Under the pieces are notes generated by a model. It did not search any database and was not told the DNA's origin. It was given only the letters and a program-made list of their open reading frames with translations. Positions 39,766-50,307 of a DNA stretch of 64,000 nucleotides are shown here, one piece after another. Numbering within the stretch: position 1 is the first letter of the stretch; each line of letters starts with the position of its first letter. Position numbers and translations under genes: made by a program. Source of the DNA: Alkalispirochaeta sp. (GTDB lineage: Bacteria > Spirochaetota > Spirochaetia > DSM-27196 > Alkalispirochaetaceae); the NCBI GenBank assembly GCA_965601925.1, contig OZ271854.1, positions 544,001 through 608,000 of the forward strand, read 5' to 3'.

Positions 39766-40815
39766 ATGCAAGAGCAATTCCGAGCAGTGCGCACCCGCGG
39801 CGGTGGAGCGGAACAATCCGATACCGGTCCTTACGGCGGATTCGCGTCTCGCGTTGAAGAGTGTCGTACTGAGGAGTTACCCGCCGGTGACGTTCTCATT
39901 AAGGTCGAGTACTCCTCCCTGAACTATAAAGACGCCCTCTCCATGGCCGGGCATCCCGGCGTAACGAAACGCTACCCCCACACGCCGGGTATCGACGCGG
40001 CGGGGCGCATCGCTCGAATCGACGGCGCGGGAACGGGCGAACTGCAACCCGATATGCCGGTGATCGTCCACGGGTACGATCTCGGTATGAACACATGGGG
40101 CGGACTCGGCGAATACATTCGCGTCCCCGCCGACTGGGTAGTACCGCTTCCGGAGTCTCTGGACGCAAGGAATGCGATGGCGTACGGCACGGCGGGGTTT
40201 ACCGCCGCCCTTTCGGTGGAACGCCTCCGACACGCGCTGGGAGACGCTCCGTTCCCGCCGGACCTACCGGTAGTCGTCTCCGGTGCGTCGGGCGGCGTCG
40301 GATCGGTGGCCGTTGCCATGCTCGCGGGCCTGGGTTGCGAGGTGGTCGCCTCTACCGGCAAGGTCGACGAGGCGGCGTCTCGGGACTATCTGGACCGCCT
40401 CGGCGCACGCGATGTGGTGGGACGCGACGCGCTGGAGGTCGATCCGGGACGACCGTTGGCCAAGGCGCGTTGGGCCGCCGGAGTCGACACAACCGGCGGG
40501 ACGATTCTCTCGGGCGTCGTGCGCTCTACGGCATATCGCGGCGCGGTCACGTGTTGCGGCCTTACCCAAAGCGCGGAGGTACCCTTGAGCGTGTACCCTT
40601 TTATTCTACGCGGCGTACAGCTGGTCGGCATCGACTCCGCACAAACGCCCATCACCGAACGTCGCCGGATCTGGCAACGGATCGCCGACGAACTGCGTCG
40701 GCCGGTCGTGGAGGAGCACGCCGAGGAGATACCCCTCCATCGCGCACCGGAAGTGGCGGCGAGCCTGCTCGACGGCACGCACCGAGGTAGGACGATCGTC
40801 GCGGTACGGTCCTAA
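39766..40815 (+). CDS. YhdH/YhfP (AcuI-like) MDR oxidoreductase
   Basis: 'YSSLNYKDAL', 'PGIDAAG', 'GTAGFTA', 'GASGGVGS', 'PFILRGVQLVGIDS'. Confidence 0.92.
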   Translation: MQEQFRAVRTRGGGAEQSDTGPYGGFASRVEECRTEELPAGDVLIKVEYSSLNYKDALSMAGHPGVTKRYPHTPGIDAAGRIARIDGAGTGELQPDMPVIVHGYDLGMNTWGGLGEYIRVPADWVVPLPESLDARNAMAYGTAGFTAALSVERLRHALGDAPFPPDLPVVVSGASGGVGSVAVAMLAGLGCEVVASTGKVDEAASRDYLDRLGARDVVGRDALEVDPGRPLAKARWAAGVDTTGGTILSGVVRSTAYRGAVTCCGLTQSAEVPLSVYPFILRGVQLVGIDSAQTPITERRRIWQRIADELRRPVVEEHAEEIPLHRAPEVAASLLDGTHRGRTIVAVRS

Positions 40816-40821
40816 GCAGCC

Positions 40822-41523
40822 GTGACGCGGAGCGAAACGAGACGCTTGGTGTGCCTGGTCACCGAGTCGATACCGGCCGCCCGTAAAGTCACCGCCGGAG
40901 AGCTCGCGCTCCGCATCGCTCGGGGGACGGCGTGCATCCCGCGGGAGAGCGCCGCGGCGCTCCGCGATACCCTCGCCGCGGCGCCGTCCCTCGACGATCT
41001 TATGGACGGCGAGGCGCGGTGGCGCGAGTTGGTCTATCGGGACGCAGCCGACCGTTTTCACCGCCGGCGCTGGAATCGGCCGGAGCGACGGCGGGCGGTC
41101 GTCGACCTCAGCAACCTCGCATGGACGTTCCGCGTGAAAGGGTCGCGCCCCACCGTCGCGGCGCTCCTGCCGGTCGTAGCGTTTCTTCGCTCCCTGAACA
41201 TCGAGGAAATCCACGGCATTGCGGACGCCAATATTCGTCACGTGGTCGACGATCCCGATTCAATATCCGAGCTCGCCGTCGCCTTGGACGAGCTCACGAT
41301 CGTCGAGGCGCGACAACCGGCGGATCCGGCGATTATCGACACGGCGCTCCGCTGGGGTTCTCTCATTGTGAGTAACGACCGTTACCGAGAGTGGAAACGG
41401 AGCTCCGCCGGGAGACGGCGAGCGGTGTGGCGTATCGTCGTTCCTCTACGCCCGGCTGCGCACAACCGAAGCGATATCTACGACCTGGGCGAGCCGGGCG
41501 CCGAGCTTCGAGATCCCGTCTAA
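40822..41523 (+). CDS. NYN/PIN-fold ribonuclease, Zc3h12a (Regnase/MCPIP)-like
   Basis: 'VVDLSNLA', 'IADANIRH', 'PADPAIIDTA', 'LIVSNDRYREW'. Confidence 0.72.
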   Translation: MTRSETRRLVCLVTESIPAARKVTAGELALRIARGTACIPRESAAALRDTLAAAPSLDDLMDGEARWRELVYRDAADRFHRRRWNRPERRRAVVDLSNLAWTFRVKGSRPTVAALLPVVAFLRSLNIEEIHGIADANIRHVVDDPDSISELAVALDELTIVEARQPADPAIIDTALRWGSLIVSNDRYREWKRSSAGRRRAVWRIVVPLRPAAHNRSDIYDLGEPGAELRDPV

Positions 41524-41580
41524 GAAATACTTTGGCAATTTGTTGAAAAATCGGATATCATCGTTCGAGGATTAGACTTC

Positions 41581-42828
41581 ATGGCAACGGACAAATTGGG
41601 AATTTTCGGCGCCGCAACGGGGGGTGCTATCTTCGATCTGGTACGCCGCAACGGGCCGATTACTCGGGCCCAGCTGGTGAGACGGACGGGACTTTCCAAG
41701 AGTACCGTCTCGCTCCAGACCGATCGGCTCCTACGCATGGGGCTCATACGCGAAGAGGCGAAAGAGACCGGATCCGGACCGGGCCGGCGGAGCGTTCTGC
41801 GCTTTGCCACCGACCGCGGCGTGGTGGTCGGAGTCGAGCTCGGCGCCACGAGTGTCGACATGGCGATCTGCGACCTCGACGCGGGCGTACTCGCCTCGCG
41901 ATGCGAACCCCTCGACATCGCCCAAGGCCCCGTACCGGTACTACAACGGGTGTATCAACTCGCCGATGAGCTTCTCGCCCTCCCGGCGGGCGACGAGCGA
42001 CGCCTGTTGGGAATCGGGATCGGTCTGCCCGGCCCGGTGGATATCGCGCACGGGTATGTGACGAGTCCGCCGATAATGCCGGGGTGGGACCGCTACCCGG
42101 TCCGCGACGAGGTCTCCGACCGATTCGGCGTGCCGTGCTTCGTCGACAACGACGTCAACGTCATGGCGATCGGCGAGGCGCGAGCGGGGGTCGGGAAAGA
42201 GCTCAAGGACTTTCTCTTTATAAAAGTCGGAACCGGCATCGGATGCGGAATCATCACCGATGGACAGATCTACCGCGGAGCCCAGGGCAGCGCCGGCGAT
42301 ATCGGTCATATCGCCATCGACGGCGAGACGGAGCGCTGTCCGTGCGGGAACCAGGGGTGCCTCGAGGTGGTCGCCGGCGGCGCCGCGATCGCTCGCCGCG
42401 GACGGGAGCTCGCGAAGCGCGGGGAGAGTCCCCTCCTCCAATCATTCATCGCCGGCGGCGACGAGATCCCGGGCGACATCACCGCAATCGACGTCGGACG
42501 CGCCGCAAGCCAGGGAGACGCGGCCGCGATCGACCTCGTCGTTACCAGCGGGCGCCATATCGGGTCGGTCCTGGCAAAACTCGTCAACTTCTTTAATCCC
42601 GAGATGATCATTCTGGGCGGCGGCGTCACCAACCTCGGAGACGTGTTCGTCGCGGCGATTCGCGAAATGGTCGTGAGTCGGTCAACGGCCCTCGCAACCG
42701 CCGAGCTGGTCGTGCGGCGTTCTACCTTCGGCGAGCAGAGCGGCATGGTGGGCGCCGCGGCGATGACGGTCGATGAGTTGTTCTCCTCCCGCGAGGTAAC
42801 GGAGATGGTGAAAGCCTTTCCCGGTTAA
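41581..42828 (+). CDS. ROK family transcriptional repressor
   Basis: HTH 'GPITRAQLVRRTGLSKSTVS', 'DNDVN', 'GTGIGCG', 'GDIGH..CPCGNQGCLE'. Confidence 0.95.
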   Translation: MATDKLGIFGAATGGAIFDLVRRNGPITRAQLVRRTGLSKSTVSLQTDRLLRMGLIREEAKETGSGPGRRSVLRFATDRGVVVGVELGATSVDMAICDLDAGVLASRCEPLDIAQGPVPVLQRVYQLADELLALPAGDERRLLGIGIGLPGPVDIAHGYVTSPPIMPGWDRYPVRDEVSDRFGVPCFVDNDVNVMAIGEARAGVGKELKDFLFIKVGTGIGCGIITDGQIYRGAQGSAGDIGHIAIDGETERCPCGNQGCLEVVAGGAAIARRGRELAKRGESPLLQSFIAGGDEIPGDITAIDVGRAASQGDAAAIDLVVTSGRHIGSVLAKLVNFFNPEMIILGGGVTNLGDVFVAAIREMVVSRSTALATAELVVRRSTFGEQSGMVGAAAMTVDELFSSREVTEMVKAFPG

Positions 42829-42853
42829 ATGTCCTAAGATCGAACAAAAAAGA

Positions 42854-42882
42854 TTGACATATGGTCTTTATCGACCTACGAT
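42854..42882 (+). promoter_or_regulatory. Sigma70-like promoter of the oxidoreductase-ABC operon
   Basis: TTGACA, 17 bp, TACGAT. Confidence 0.7.
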
Positions 42883-42936
42883 GTTCTCAGGCACGTCGGA
42901 AACGGCCCAATTTGTGCCGTTACGAAGGGGAATAAC

Positions 42937-44178
42937 GTGAAAATTGGATTTATTGGATCAGGATTTATTTCGAAATTTCAAGCCGACGCATTGGCGATGG
43001 TGCGCGGAGTGGAGGTCTCGGCGGTCCTCAAACGATCGAGCTCCCACGAGCTCGTGGAACACTGCACGCATATCGGCGTCGGTACGCCGAAGGAGTACGA
43101 GACCGTCGCAGACGTCGTACGGAACAGCGATGTCGTCGCGATCTACAACCCGAACCACTCGCGCATCGAGACCGTTGAGGCGATCGTCGACGCGGTGGCG
43201 GGCGGGGCCGAGCTCGCGGGGGTGATCATTGAAAAACCCTTGGGCCGCACGGTGGCCGAGGCGCGCCGTCTTGTAGAGCTCGTGCGGAAGGCGGGGCTCA
43301 AGACGGCGTACTTTGAAAATCAGATCTTCATGCGTGCGATCCGCACCCAGATGCACCAACTGCGACCGACGATCGAGGCGATGGGATCACCCTCCCTCGT
43401 CCGGAGCGCCGAGGAGCACGGCGGCCCGCACGCACCGTGGTTTTGGGATCCCACGCGCCTGGGCGGCGGCGTGCTCATGGATATGGGCTGTCACAGCATC
43501 GCCGTCGGCCAGTTCTTGTTGACCCCGCCGGGAAAACCGCTCGACTTTCTCGAGCCGGTGTCCGTCTCGTGCGACACGAGTCTTCTCAAATGGGGCTCGT
43601 CGCCGTGGCGGGAGGAGCTCTTGAAGCGTACCGGCATCGACTACGCCAAGACGCCGGCGGAGGATTTTGCGACCGGCATCGTGACCTATCGTAACCCCGA
43701 GACGGGGCGACTCGTCAAATCGCAGTTTACCGACTCATGGATGTACGAGAAACAGGGACTCCGACTCCTGATGGACGGCATGGGTCCGGGGTACGCCTTC
43801 GAGGTCAACTCGCTGCGTTCCCCCGTTGAGATTTTCATCGGCGACGCCGCCGCGGAGTCGCTAGCGGACGCCGAGACGGCGCTCGAAAAATCCACGGCGA
43901 CGCGCGGGCTCTTGGCGGTCCAACCTAACGAGGCCGATCTCTACGGTTACGTCGACGAGAATCGCGACGCCGTGGAGAGCTTCGCGGCGGGGAGAGACGC
44001 ATTTCTCCCCTGGGAGTTCGGTCTGGAGATCACCCGGCTCCTTATGGCGGCGTATTACTCCGCCGAGACCGGCGCGGTGGTCGATATGACCGATCGACGA
44101 ACCGTCGATGCACTTGAGGAGTTTGTACCCGCGATTCAGCGGGGAGAAGGCTCGCGCATCCTCTCAGGGCGCGCATAA
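42937..44178 (+). CDS. Gfo/Idh/MocA family oxidoreductase
   Basis: 'IGFIGSGFI', 'IEKPLG', 'WFWDP..GGGVLMDMGCH'. Confidence 0.9.
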   Translation: MKIGFIGSGFISKFQADALAMVRGVEVSAVLKRSSSHELVEHCTHIGVGTPKEYETVADVVRNSDVVAIYNPNHSRIETVEAIVDAVAGGAELAGVIIEKPLGRTVAEARRLVELVRKAGLKTAYFENQIFMRAIRTQMHQLRPTIEAMGSPSLVRSAEEHGGPHAPWFWDPTRLGGGVLMDMGCHSIAVGQFLLTPPGKPLDFLEPVSVSCDTSLLKWGSSPWREELLKRTGIDYAKTPAEDFATGIVTYRNPETGRLVKSQFTDSWMYEKQGLRLLMDGMGPGYAFEVNSLRSPVEIFIGDAAAESLADAETALEKSTATRGLLAVQPNEADLYGYVDENRDAVESFAAGRDAFLPWEFGLEITRLLMAAYYSAETGAVVDMTDRRTVDALEEFVPAIQRGEGSRILSGRA

Positions 44179-44203
44179 TATCGAATCGTACGAAGGAGGA
44201 GTT

Positions 44204-45250
44204 ATGGTACGACGAATCATTTTTTCGGTGTTGATCGTGGTGGGAACGGCCGGTCTCGTCTTTGCGGGCGGCCAGGACGAGGGCGACGGCTTTGTCGTCG
44301 GCATTAGCAATCCCTGGGTCGGTAGTGAGTGGCGAACGCAGATGGTCGACAACGTACTCGCCGCGGCGCAGCCGTATATCGATTCGGGCCTGATTCAAGA
44401 GGTGATCGTCCAGAGCTTCGATACGACCCTCGAGGGGCAGATCGACCAGATACGGAATCTTATGAGCGCCGGTGCCGATCTCATTCTCGTCAATCCGGCG
44501 GACGCCAGAGCCTTCAATCCGGTCATCCGAGAGGCGGCCGCTCGGGGCGTGATCGTCATCGGTACCGACACGGAGCTCGCCTCCCCCGACGCGATTAACG
44601 TCGCGATCGATCAGAGCGAGTGGGCACGCATATCGGCGCGTTGGCTGGCGGAAAAGATCAACTACGAGGGGAACGTCGTCACGATCAACGGCATCGCCGG
44701 CCATCCGGCAAACACGGCCCGCGTCGCGGGGTACCAAGACGTCTTTGGGCAATATGAGGGGATCACCATTCTCAACGAGACCAACGCGGACTGGGACAAC
44801 GCCCGAGGGCAGGCGACGATGCAGAGCCTCTTGGCGACGTATCCCGACATCGACGGTGTGTGGGTCCAGGACGGCATGGCCGAGGGCGCCCTCAGAGCGT
44901 TGCTGGCCGCCGATCGCCGCGACATTCACGTAACCGGCGAAGCGCGACTCGGGTATCTCAGATTGTGGGACGACGAAGGAATCGACGGTATCGGTGTGGC
45001 GAACCCGCCGGGAGCGATGACCAGCGCCTTCTACGTCGGACTGCATCTTCTTCGCGGCCGCGAGTTGCGTGAAGAGGTCCTCGCCGGCCCGTACGGCAAT
45101 ACGATCTACGTGCCGATTCCCGTGGTCGTGACCAACGTCAACTTCGACACGATCTTCGACGCTCATACCGACTATCCGGACTTCTATTCCGTCGACGGCC
45201 ACCTCACCGAGGCGCAGGCCGGTCAGTACTTCGCTCCCGAGGCGGAGTAG
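44204..45250 (+). CDS. Sugar ABC transporter substrate-binding protein (CUT2)
   Basis: AGGAGG RBS, 'VFAGGQDE', 'SNPWVGSEWRTQM', 'GADLILVNP', 'GVWVQDGM'. Confidence 0.9.
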   Translation: MVRRIIFSVLIVVGTAGLVFAGGQDEGDGFVVGISNPWVGSEWRTQMVDNVLAAAQPYIDSGLIQEVIVQSFDTTLEGQIDQIRNLMSAGADLILVNPADARAFNPVIREAAARGVIVIGTDTELASPDAINVAIDQSEWARISARWLAEKINYEGNVVTINGIAGHPANTARVAGYQDVFGQYEGITILNETNADWDNARGQATMQSLLATYPDIDGVWVQDGMAEGALRALLAADRRDIHVTGEARLGYLRLWDDEGIDGIGVANPPGAMTSAFYVGLHLLRGRELREEVLAGPYGNTIYVPIPVVVTNVNFDTIFDAHTDYPDFYSVDGHLTEAQAGQYFAPEAE

Positions 45251-45276
45251 CCGAAAAAGACACGGAAAGGCTCCCG

Positions 45277-46770
45277 ATGAACGACGTACTACACCTGACC
45301 GAGATTGAGAAGCGCTACGGCAACGTCCGGGCCTTGGACAAGGCGGAACTGCGACTCCGCGCCGGAGAGGTACACGTCCTGTTGGGAGCCAACGGGTCGG
45401 GCAAGAGCACCCTGAGTAAGATTATCGTCGGGGTGGTGCGGCCGGATCGGGGCGGTATGGCCCTGGACGGTCGCCCCTTTGCTCCCCACGGCCCCGACGC
45501 CGCGCGGCGCGAGGGTATTGCGGAGGTGTATCAGGAGATGAGTCTCGTACCGACCCTCACCGTCGCGGAGAACATCACCCTCGGCTCATCGGAAGATCGG
45601 CCGAGCCTCCTCGTCGACCAAAACCGGATGCACGAATCGGCGCAACGCGCCCTCGACTCGTTCGCAGGCGTCTTTGACACGGAGCGCTGCCGGCCCGACG
45701 CGACGGCGGGGAGTCTCCCCCCGGACGAGCAGCAGATCGTCGAGATACTCAAAGCGCTCCACCGCAAACCACGCATCCTCATACTCGACGAGGCGACCGC
45801 AAGCCTCCGAGGGCGTCAAGTCGAGCGACTCTTTACGGTTGTCGAAGAGCTGAAGCGTACGGGATGTGCCGTCGTGTTCATCAGTCACCGGATGGAGGAG
45901 ATCTTCCGCATCGGAGACCGCGCCACGGTACTGCGCAACGGACGCACGGTAGGGAGCTTTGTCCTGGCCGAGTCGAACCGCGAGGAGCTCCTCGCCGCGA
46001 TGGTGGGGGAAGCGGTCGAGGAGCGGGAGCGCTCGCCGGACGTCGGCGGCTCGAACGCAGAGCCACTCTTGTCCGCTACCGATCTCCGCTGCGCCGGCGT
46101 GCGGGGCGTCTCATTTACGCTCCGGCGCGGCGAGGTGTTGGGGCTGAGCGGCCTACAAGGTCAGGGACAGAGCGAGCTTCTACGCGCCCTGTTCGGTGCC
46201 GAGGGAGCGGTGGACGGAGAGATCGAACTCGACGGAGATACCGTACGGATCGCCCATCCGGCCGACGCGGTGCGACGGGGAATCGCGTTCGTGACCGGCG
46301 ACCGAAAGCGATTCGGTATCTTCCCCACGCGAGCAATCCTGGAGAACCTTGCAGTCGTCGGAATCCGCACGCGTCGTTCGGCGATCTTTTCCCGCCGCTC
46401 CGTCGCACGATGGGTACAACCGGTGGTCGGCCGACTGGAGATTGTCTTCTCTCGCCTCGCCGCGCGTATCGTCTCCCTCTCCGGCGGTAATCAACAGAAG
46501 GTGATTATCGGCCGCTGGCTCCTTACCGCGCCGCGCGTCCTCCTCATGGACGATCCGACCAAGGGTGTCGATATCAAGACTAAAAACGAGCTGTACGACG
46601 TCGTGGCGCAGATGTGCGCCGAAGGGGTGTCGGTGATTTGGAGCTCCAGCGAGGATCGCGAGCTTCTGGACGCCGCCCATCGCGTACTCGTGATGCGCGA
46701 AGGACGCGTAGCGGCGGAGCTGCAAGGTGAAAAGCTGAATGCCTATGAACTATACAACGCCGCTCTCTAA
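45277..46770 (+). CDS. Sugar ABC transporter ATP-binding protein
   Basis: 'GANGSGKST', 'LDEATASL', 'LSGGNQQK', 'DDPTKGVD'. Confidence 0.94.
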   Translation: MNDVLHLTEIEKRYGNVRALDKAELRLRAGEVHVLLGANGSGKSTLSKIIVGVVRPDRGGMALDGRPFAPHGPDAARREGIAEVYQEMSLVPTLTVAENITLGSSEDRPSLLVDQNRMHESAQRALDSFAGVFDTERCRPDATAGSLPPDEQQIVEILKALHRKPRILILDEATASLRGRQVERLFTVVEELKRTGCAVVFISHRMEEIFRIGDRATVLRNGRTVGSFVLAESNREELLAAMVGEAVEERERSPDVGGSNAEPLLSATDLRCAGVRGVSFTLRRGEVLGLSGLQGQGQSELLRALFGAEGAVDGEIELDGDTVRIAHPADAVRRGIAFVTGDRKRFGIFPTRAILENLAVVGIRTRRSAIFSRRSVARWVQPVVGRLEIVFSRLAARIVSLSGGNQQKVIIGRWLLTAPRVLLMDDPTKGVDIKTKNELYDVVAQMCAEGVSVIWSSSEDRELLDAAHRVLVMREGRVAAELQGEKLNAYELYNAAL

Positions 46771-46771
46771 G

Positions 46772-47749
46772 GTGCGCTCGCTCTTTCGTCGCGACGTCCT
46801 GAAGCGCCGCCCCTTTGTATTGAGCGCCGTAGTGGCCGCCGCACTGGTCGTCCTGATCGCCGTGGTGGAGCCGCGCTACCTCAGCCCCTTTGAGTTGAGT
46901 ATCAAACTGCGCATCTGGATGCCTCTCGTCATGGCGGCGGTCGGACAGACCTTCATCATCCTCGGCGGCGGCATCGATCTGTCGGCGGGGACAATGATCG
47001 CCATGATCAACGTGACGACGGTTCGTGTGCTGACCGGCCTCGGGGGAGACGGCCTCGCGATAACGGCGGGTCTCGCCGCCGGCCTCGCCGTTGCGATCGT
47101 TGCCGGAGCGTTCAACGGCTTTGTCGTGGCCTTTTTGAGGATCCAGCCGATTATCGCGACCTTCGCCACCAGTGTACTGTGGCAGGGGATCGCGTTGTGG
47201 ATCATGCCCCAGTCGGGGGGCGAGGTTCCCATGGCGGTGTACGACGTCTACGCCGGCCGGTTTCTCTTTCTTCCCAGCTCGGTTTGGATGCTCGCTTTGC
47301 TTGCCGTCGTCTTTCGGCTCCTCGCCAGATCGCGCTTCCACGTTGAGTTGAGGGCAGTGGGCGGCAATATGACCGGAGCGTACGAGAGCGGTCTGGCGGT
47401 TGTGCGTATTCGTATCGCGAGCTACGTGATCGGGGCGGTCTTCTTTGCCGTGGCGGCGTGGCTCATCGTCGGTGAAACGATCACCGGCAACCCGTTGGCC
47501 GGTCAAGGCTATGAGTTGGAGTCGATCGCCTCGGCGGTTATCGGCGGCGTCGCCCTCTCCGGCGGATTCGGTGCCCCGGTCGGCAGCGTCTTCGGCGCCT
47601 TCGTGGTGAAGCTGGTAAACGACGTGATCTTCTTCCTTGGGATTCCGGTAACCTTTCAGCGCCTCATGCAGGGCGTCATCATCATCGCCGCCCTCGCCGC
47701 CGGTGCCATGCTCACCGGAGCGACCAAGGCGACGCGGAGGGAACGATGA
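46772..47749 (+). CDS. Sugar ABC transporter permease
   Basis: 'GQTFIILGGGIDLS', 'RAVGGN', 'LESIASAVIGG'. Start uncertain (46739-46772). Confidence 0.9.
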   Translation: MRSLFRRDVLKRRPFVLSAVVAAALVVLIAVVEPRYLSPFELSIKLRIWMPLVMAAVGQTFIILGGGIDLSAGTMIAMINVTTVRVLTGLGGDGLAITAGLAAGLAVAIVAGAFNGFVVAFLRIQPIIATFATSVLWQGIALWIMPQSGGEVPMAVYDVYAGRFLFLPSSVWMLALLAVVFRLLARSRFHVELRAVGGNMTGAYESGLAVVRIRIASYVIGAVFFAVAAWLIVGETITGNPLAGQGYELESIASAVIGGVALSGGFGAPVGSVFGAFVVKLVNDVIFFLGIPVTFQRLMQGVIIIAALAAGAMLTGATKATRRER

Positions 47750-48693
47750 AACGACCGAACGTAGATGCGACACTCCTCGCAGCGGTTGCGACCGGTGCGC
47801 TCCTGTTCATCGGGCAGATCGTCTCTCCGGGCTTCGCTTCGCCGCGGCAGATCGTGAATCTCCTGACCGTCGCCGCCTTTCTCGGCATCGTCGCGGCCGG
47901 TCAGTCCTTGGTCGTGATCGCCGGCGGAAGCGGCATCGATCTCTCGGTCGGCAAGGTCGTCACGCTGGGAGCTATTATCGGCGGCGCGGTCATGAACGGG
48001 AACGACGAGCGCGTACTCCTGGCATTGGGGGTCGTAGCGGCGGCGACGTTTCTCGTCGGACTCGCAAACGGCGCCGGTGTCGCCTACTTGGGCATTCCCC
48101 CGTTGGTCATGACGCTGGGAATGAGCATCGTCGTGGCGGCGATCAGCCAATTCATCACCGGCGGCGTGCCGGTCGAGGGCGCCCCGGACGCCCTCAAAGG
48201 GGTCGTCATCGGGCGACTCTTCGGCCTCCCGGGAATTCTCTTTTGGTGGCTCCTTTTGGGCGTAATCGTCACCGTCGTCCTGCGCAACACGCGCTACGGT
48301 ACCTACCTCTACGCGTTAGGGTCCAGCACGAGCGCGGCGTTTCTGTCGGGGATACGCGTCCGTCCGACGCGGATGGTAACGTACGGCGTGTGCGCCGCGA
48401 TCGCGGGGCTTGCGGGCTTCCTCTACCTCGGTTACGTCGGGAGCGTCTACAACGTCACCCTCGGCGACCAGTATATGTTGGCCTCTATCGTCGCGGTGGT
48501 GATCGGCGGGATCTCGCTCTCAGGGGGTGTCGGTTCGTATCTCGGCGTCGCCGTCGGGGCGGTGCTCCTGCAAGTGCTGGAGAGCGTGCTCATCACGATC
48601 AACATCGAGCAGTTCGGTCGCAATATCATCTTCGGGTTCGCCCTCCTCCTCCTCTTGCTCGCCTATGGCCGTGAGCGCCGCCTGAGACAGTAG
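47746..48693 (+). CDS. Sugar ABC transporter permease
   Basis: 'GQSLVVIAGGSGIDLSVG', 'TRYGTYLYALG', 'SIVAVVIGG'. Confidence 0.92.
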   Translation: MKRPNVDATLLAAVATGALLFIGQIVSPGFASPRQIVNLLTVAAFLGIVAAGQSLVVIAGGSGIDLSVGKVVTLGAIIGGAVMNGNDERVLLALGVVAAATFLVGLANGAGVAYLGIPPLVMTLGMSIVVAAISQFITGGVPVEGAPDALKGVVIGRLFGLPGILFWWLLLGVIVTVVLRNTRYGTYLYALGSSTSAAFLSGIRVRPTRMVTYGVCAAIAGLAGFLYLGYVGSVYNVTLGDQYMLASIVAVVIGGISLSGGVGSYLGVAVGAVLLQVLESVLITINIEQFGRNIIFGFALLLLLLAYGRERRLRQ

Positions 48694-48827
48694 CGCCGCC
48701 GAACCGTCCGGCCGCGTTGCGCCGGCCTTCCCGGATCGGTGTCCGAACAGCCGAAAACGCGTCCCTAACGCAAGAAATGGGTTTTCGGCGATCAGGCAAT
48801 CGACAGGGACACCGTATTCGATAGCCT

Positions 48828-48891
48828 TTGACGAATACACAATGCTACCATACTATGAATGCGGTCGAGTTTATTCATCCAATGAACAAAC
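48828..48891 (+). promoter_or_regulatory. Promoter with downstream ROK/XylR-like palindrome
   Basis: TTGACG (48828), 17 bp, TACTAT (48851). GTTTATTCAT-cca-ATGAACAAAC at 48869-48891. Confidence 0.72.
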
Positions 48892-48922
48892 GCGTTCCGC
48901 GGGATGAACCAAAGGAGGAGTT

Positions 48923-50200
48923 ATGAAACGACTGACGGTTGGTATTGCATTGATGCTGGTAAGCGCATCGCTGGTATTCGCCGGAGGGCAGGGAGAACAG
49001 CAAGGGGCGGACGATGCGGTCACCCTTACGATCGAGAGCTGGCGCAACGACGATCTACGAATTTGGCAGGATCAGATCATTCCCGCCTTCAATGCTCGCT
49101 ACCCCGACATTCAGGTCCTATTCCAGCCGCTTCCCCCGGCGGAGTACAACGCGGCGCTCAACGCGAGGCTGGAAGGCGGCACCGCCGGAGACCTCATTAC
49201 GGCGCGACCCTTCGATGCGTCCTTGGCGCTCTATCAAGCGGGGTATCTCGCCGAGCTGTCGGATCTCTCCGGGATGGAAAACTTCTCCGACGTCGCCAAG
49301 AGCGCGTGGATGACCGACGACGGATCGGAAGTCTTCGCCGTTCCCATGGCTTCGGTCATTCACGGTTTCATCTATAACGCCGAGATATTCGCGGAGCTCG
49401 GTCTGGACGAGCCGGAGACGGTAGACGAGTTTTTCGCCGTTTTGGATGCGATTCGCGCGGACGGTCGTTGGGAGCCGTTGGCCATGGGTACCAACGACCT
49501 ATGGGAGGCGGCGACGATGGGGTTTCAGAACATCGGTCCCAACTTCTGGGGCGGTGAAGTCGGGCGACGGGGGTTAATCGACGGAACCGAAGCGCTCACA
49601 GACGGACAGTACGTCGCGGTGTGGGAGCAGCTCTCGCGGTGGGGCGAGTACATGCCGTCCGGTTTTCAGGCCCAGACCTATCCCGACAGCCAGAATCTCT
49701 TTACGTTAGGTCGCGCGGCGATCTACCCCGCGGGCTCTTGGGAGATTTCGCTCTTCAACGAGCAAGCGGACTTCGAGATGGGGGTCTTTCCGCCGCCGGT
49801 ACCGGCCGCGGGCGACACACTCTACATCTCCGACCACACCGATATCGCCCTGGCGATGAACGCCGCCACCGAGCATCCCGAGGAGGCGCGGCTCTTTCTC
49901 GAATGGATGACGACCGCGGAGTTTGCCGAGCTTTACAGCAACGCGCTCCCCGGCTTCTTCAGTCTCGCCGACGTCCCGATCGCATTGGACGACCCGATGG
50001 CCCAGGAGTTCATCAGCTGGCGGGGCCAGGGAGAGAGCACGATTCGTAACAGCTACCAAATCCTGAGCCGCGGCGAGCCCAACTTGGAGAACGAGCTATG
50101 GGTCGTGTCCGCGCAGGTCATCAACGGCGAGATGACGCCCGAGGAGGCCGCCAGACGCACGCAGGCGGGCCTCGAGAGCTGGTACGCTCCCCAACAGTAG
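48923..50200 (+). CDS. Carbohydrate ABC transporter substrate-binding protein (CUT1)
   Basis: AGGAGG RBS, 'VFAGGQGE', 'GFIYNAEIFAELG', 'GRAAIYPAGSWE'. Confidence 0.92.
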   Translation: MKRLTVGIALMLVSASLVFAGGQGEQQGADDAVTLTIESWRNDDLRIWQDQIIPAFNARYPDIQVLFQPLPPAEYNAALNARLEGGTAGDLITARPFDASLALYQAGYLAELSDLSGMENFSDVAKSAWMTDDGSEVFAVPMASVIHGFIYNAEIFAELGLDEPETVDEFFAVLDAIRADGRWEPLAMGTNDLWEAATMGFQNIGPNFWGGEVGRRGLIDGTEALTDGQYVAVWEQLSRWGEYMPSGFQAQTYPDSQNLFTLGRAAIYPAGSWEISLFNEQADFEMGVFPPPVPAAGDTLYISDHTDIALAMNAATEHPEEARLFLEWMTTAEFAELYSNALPGFFSLADVPIALDDPMAQEFISWRGQGESTIRNSYQILSRGEPNLENELWVVSAQVINGEMTPEEAARRTQAGLESWYAPQQ

Positions 50201-50307
50201 CGGTGCCGTTAGCGGAGTCGGCGCGATCCTTTCGCGGTTCGCGCCGGCTTTTCCCGTAGAGCGGGCTGCGCGGCGGCGCGGTAGGAAACGCGGAACGAGG
50301 TGGTAGG

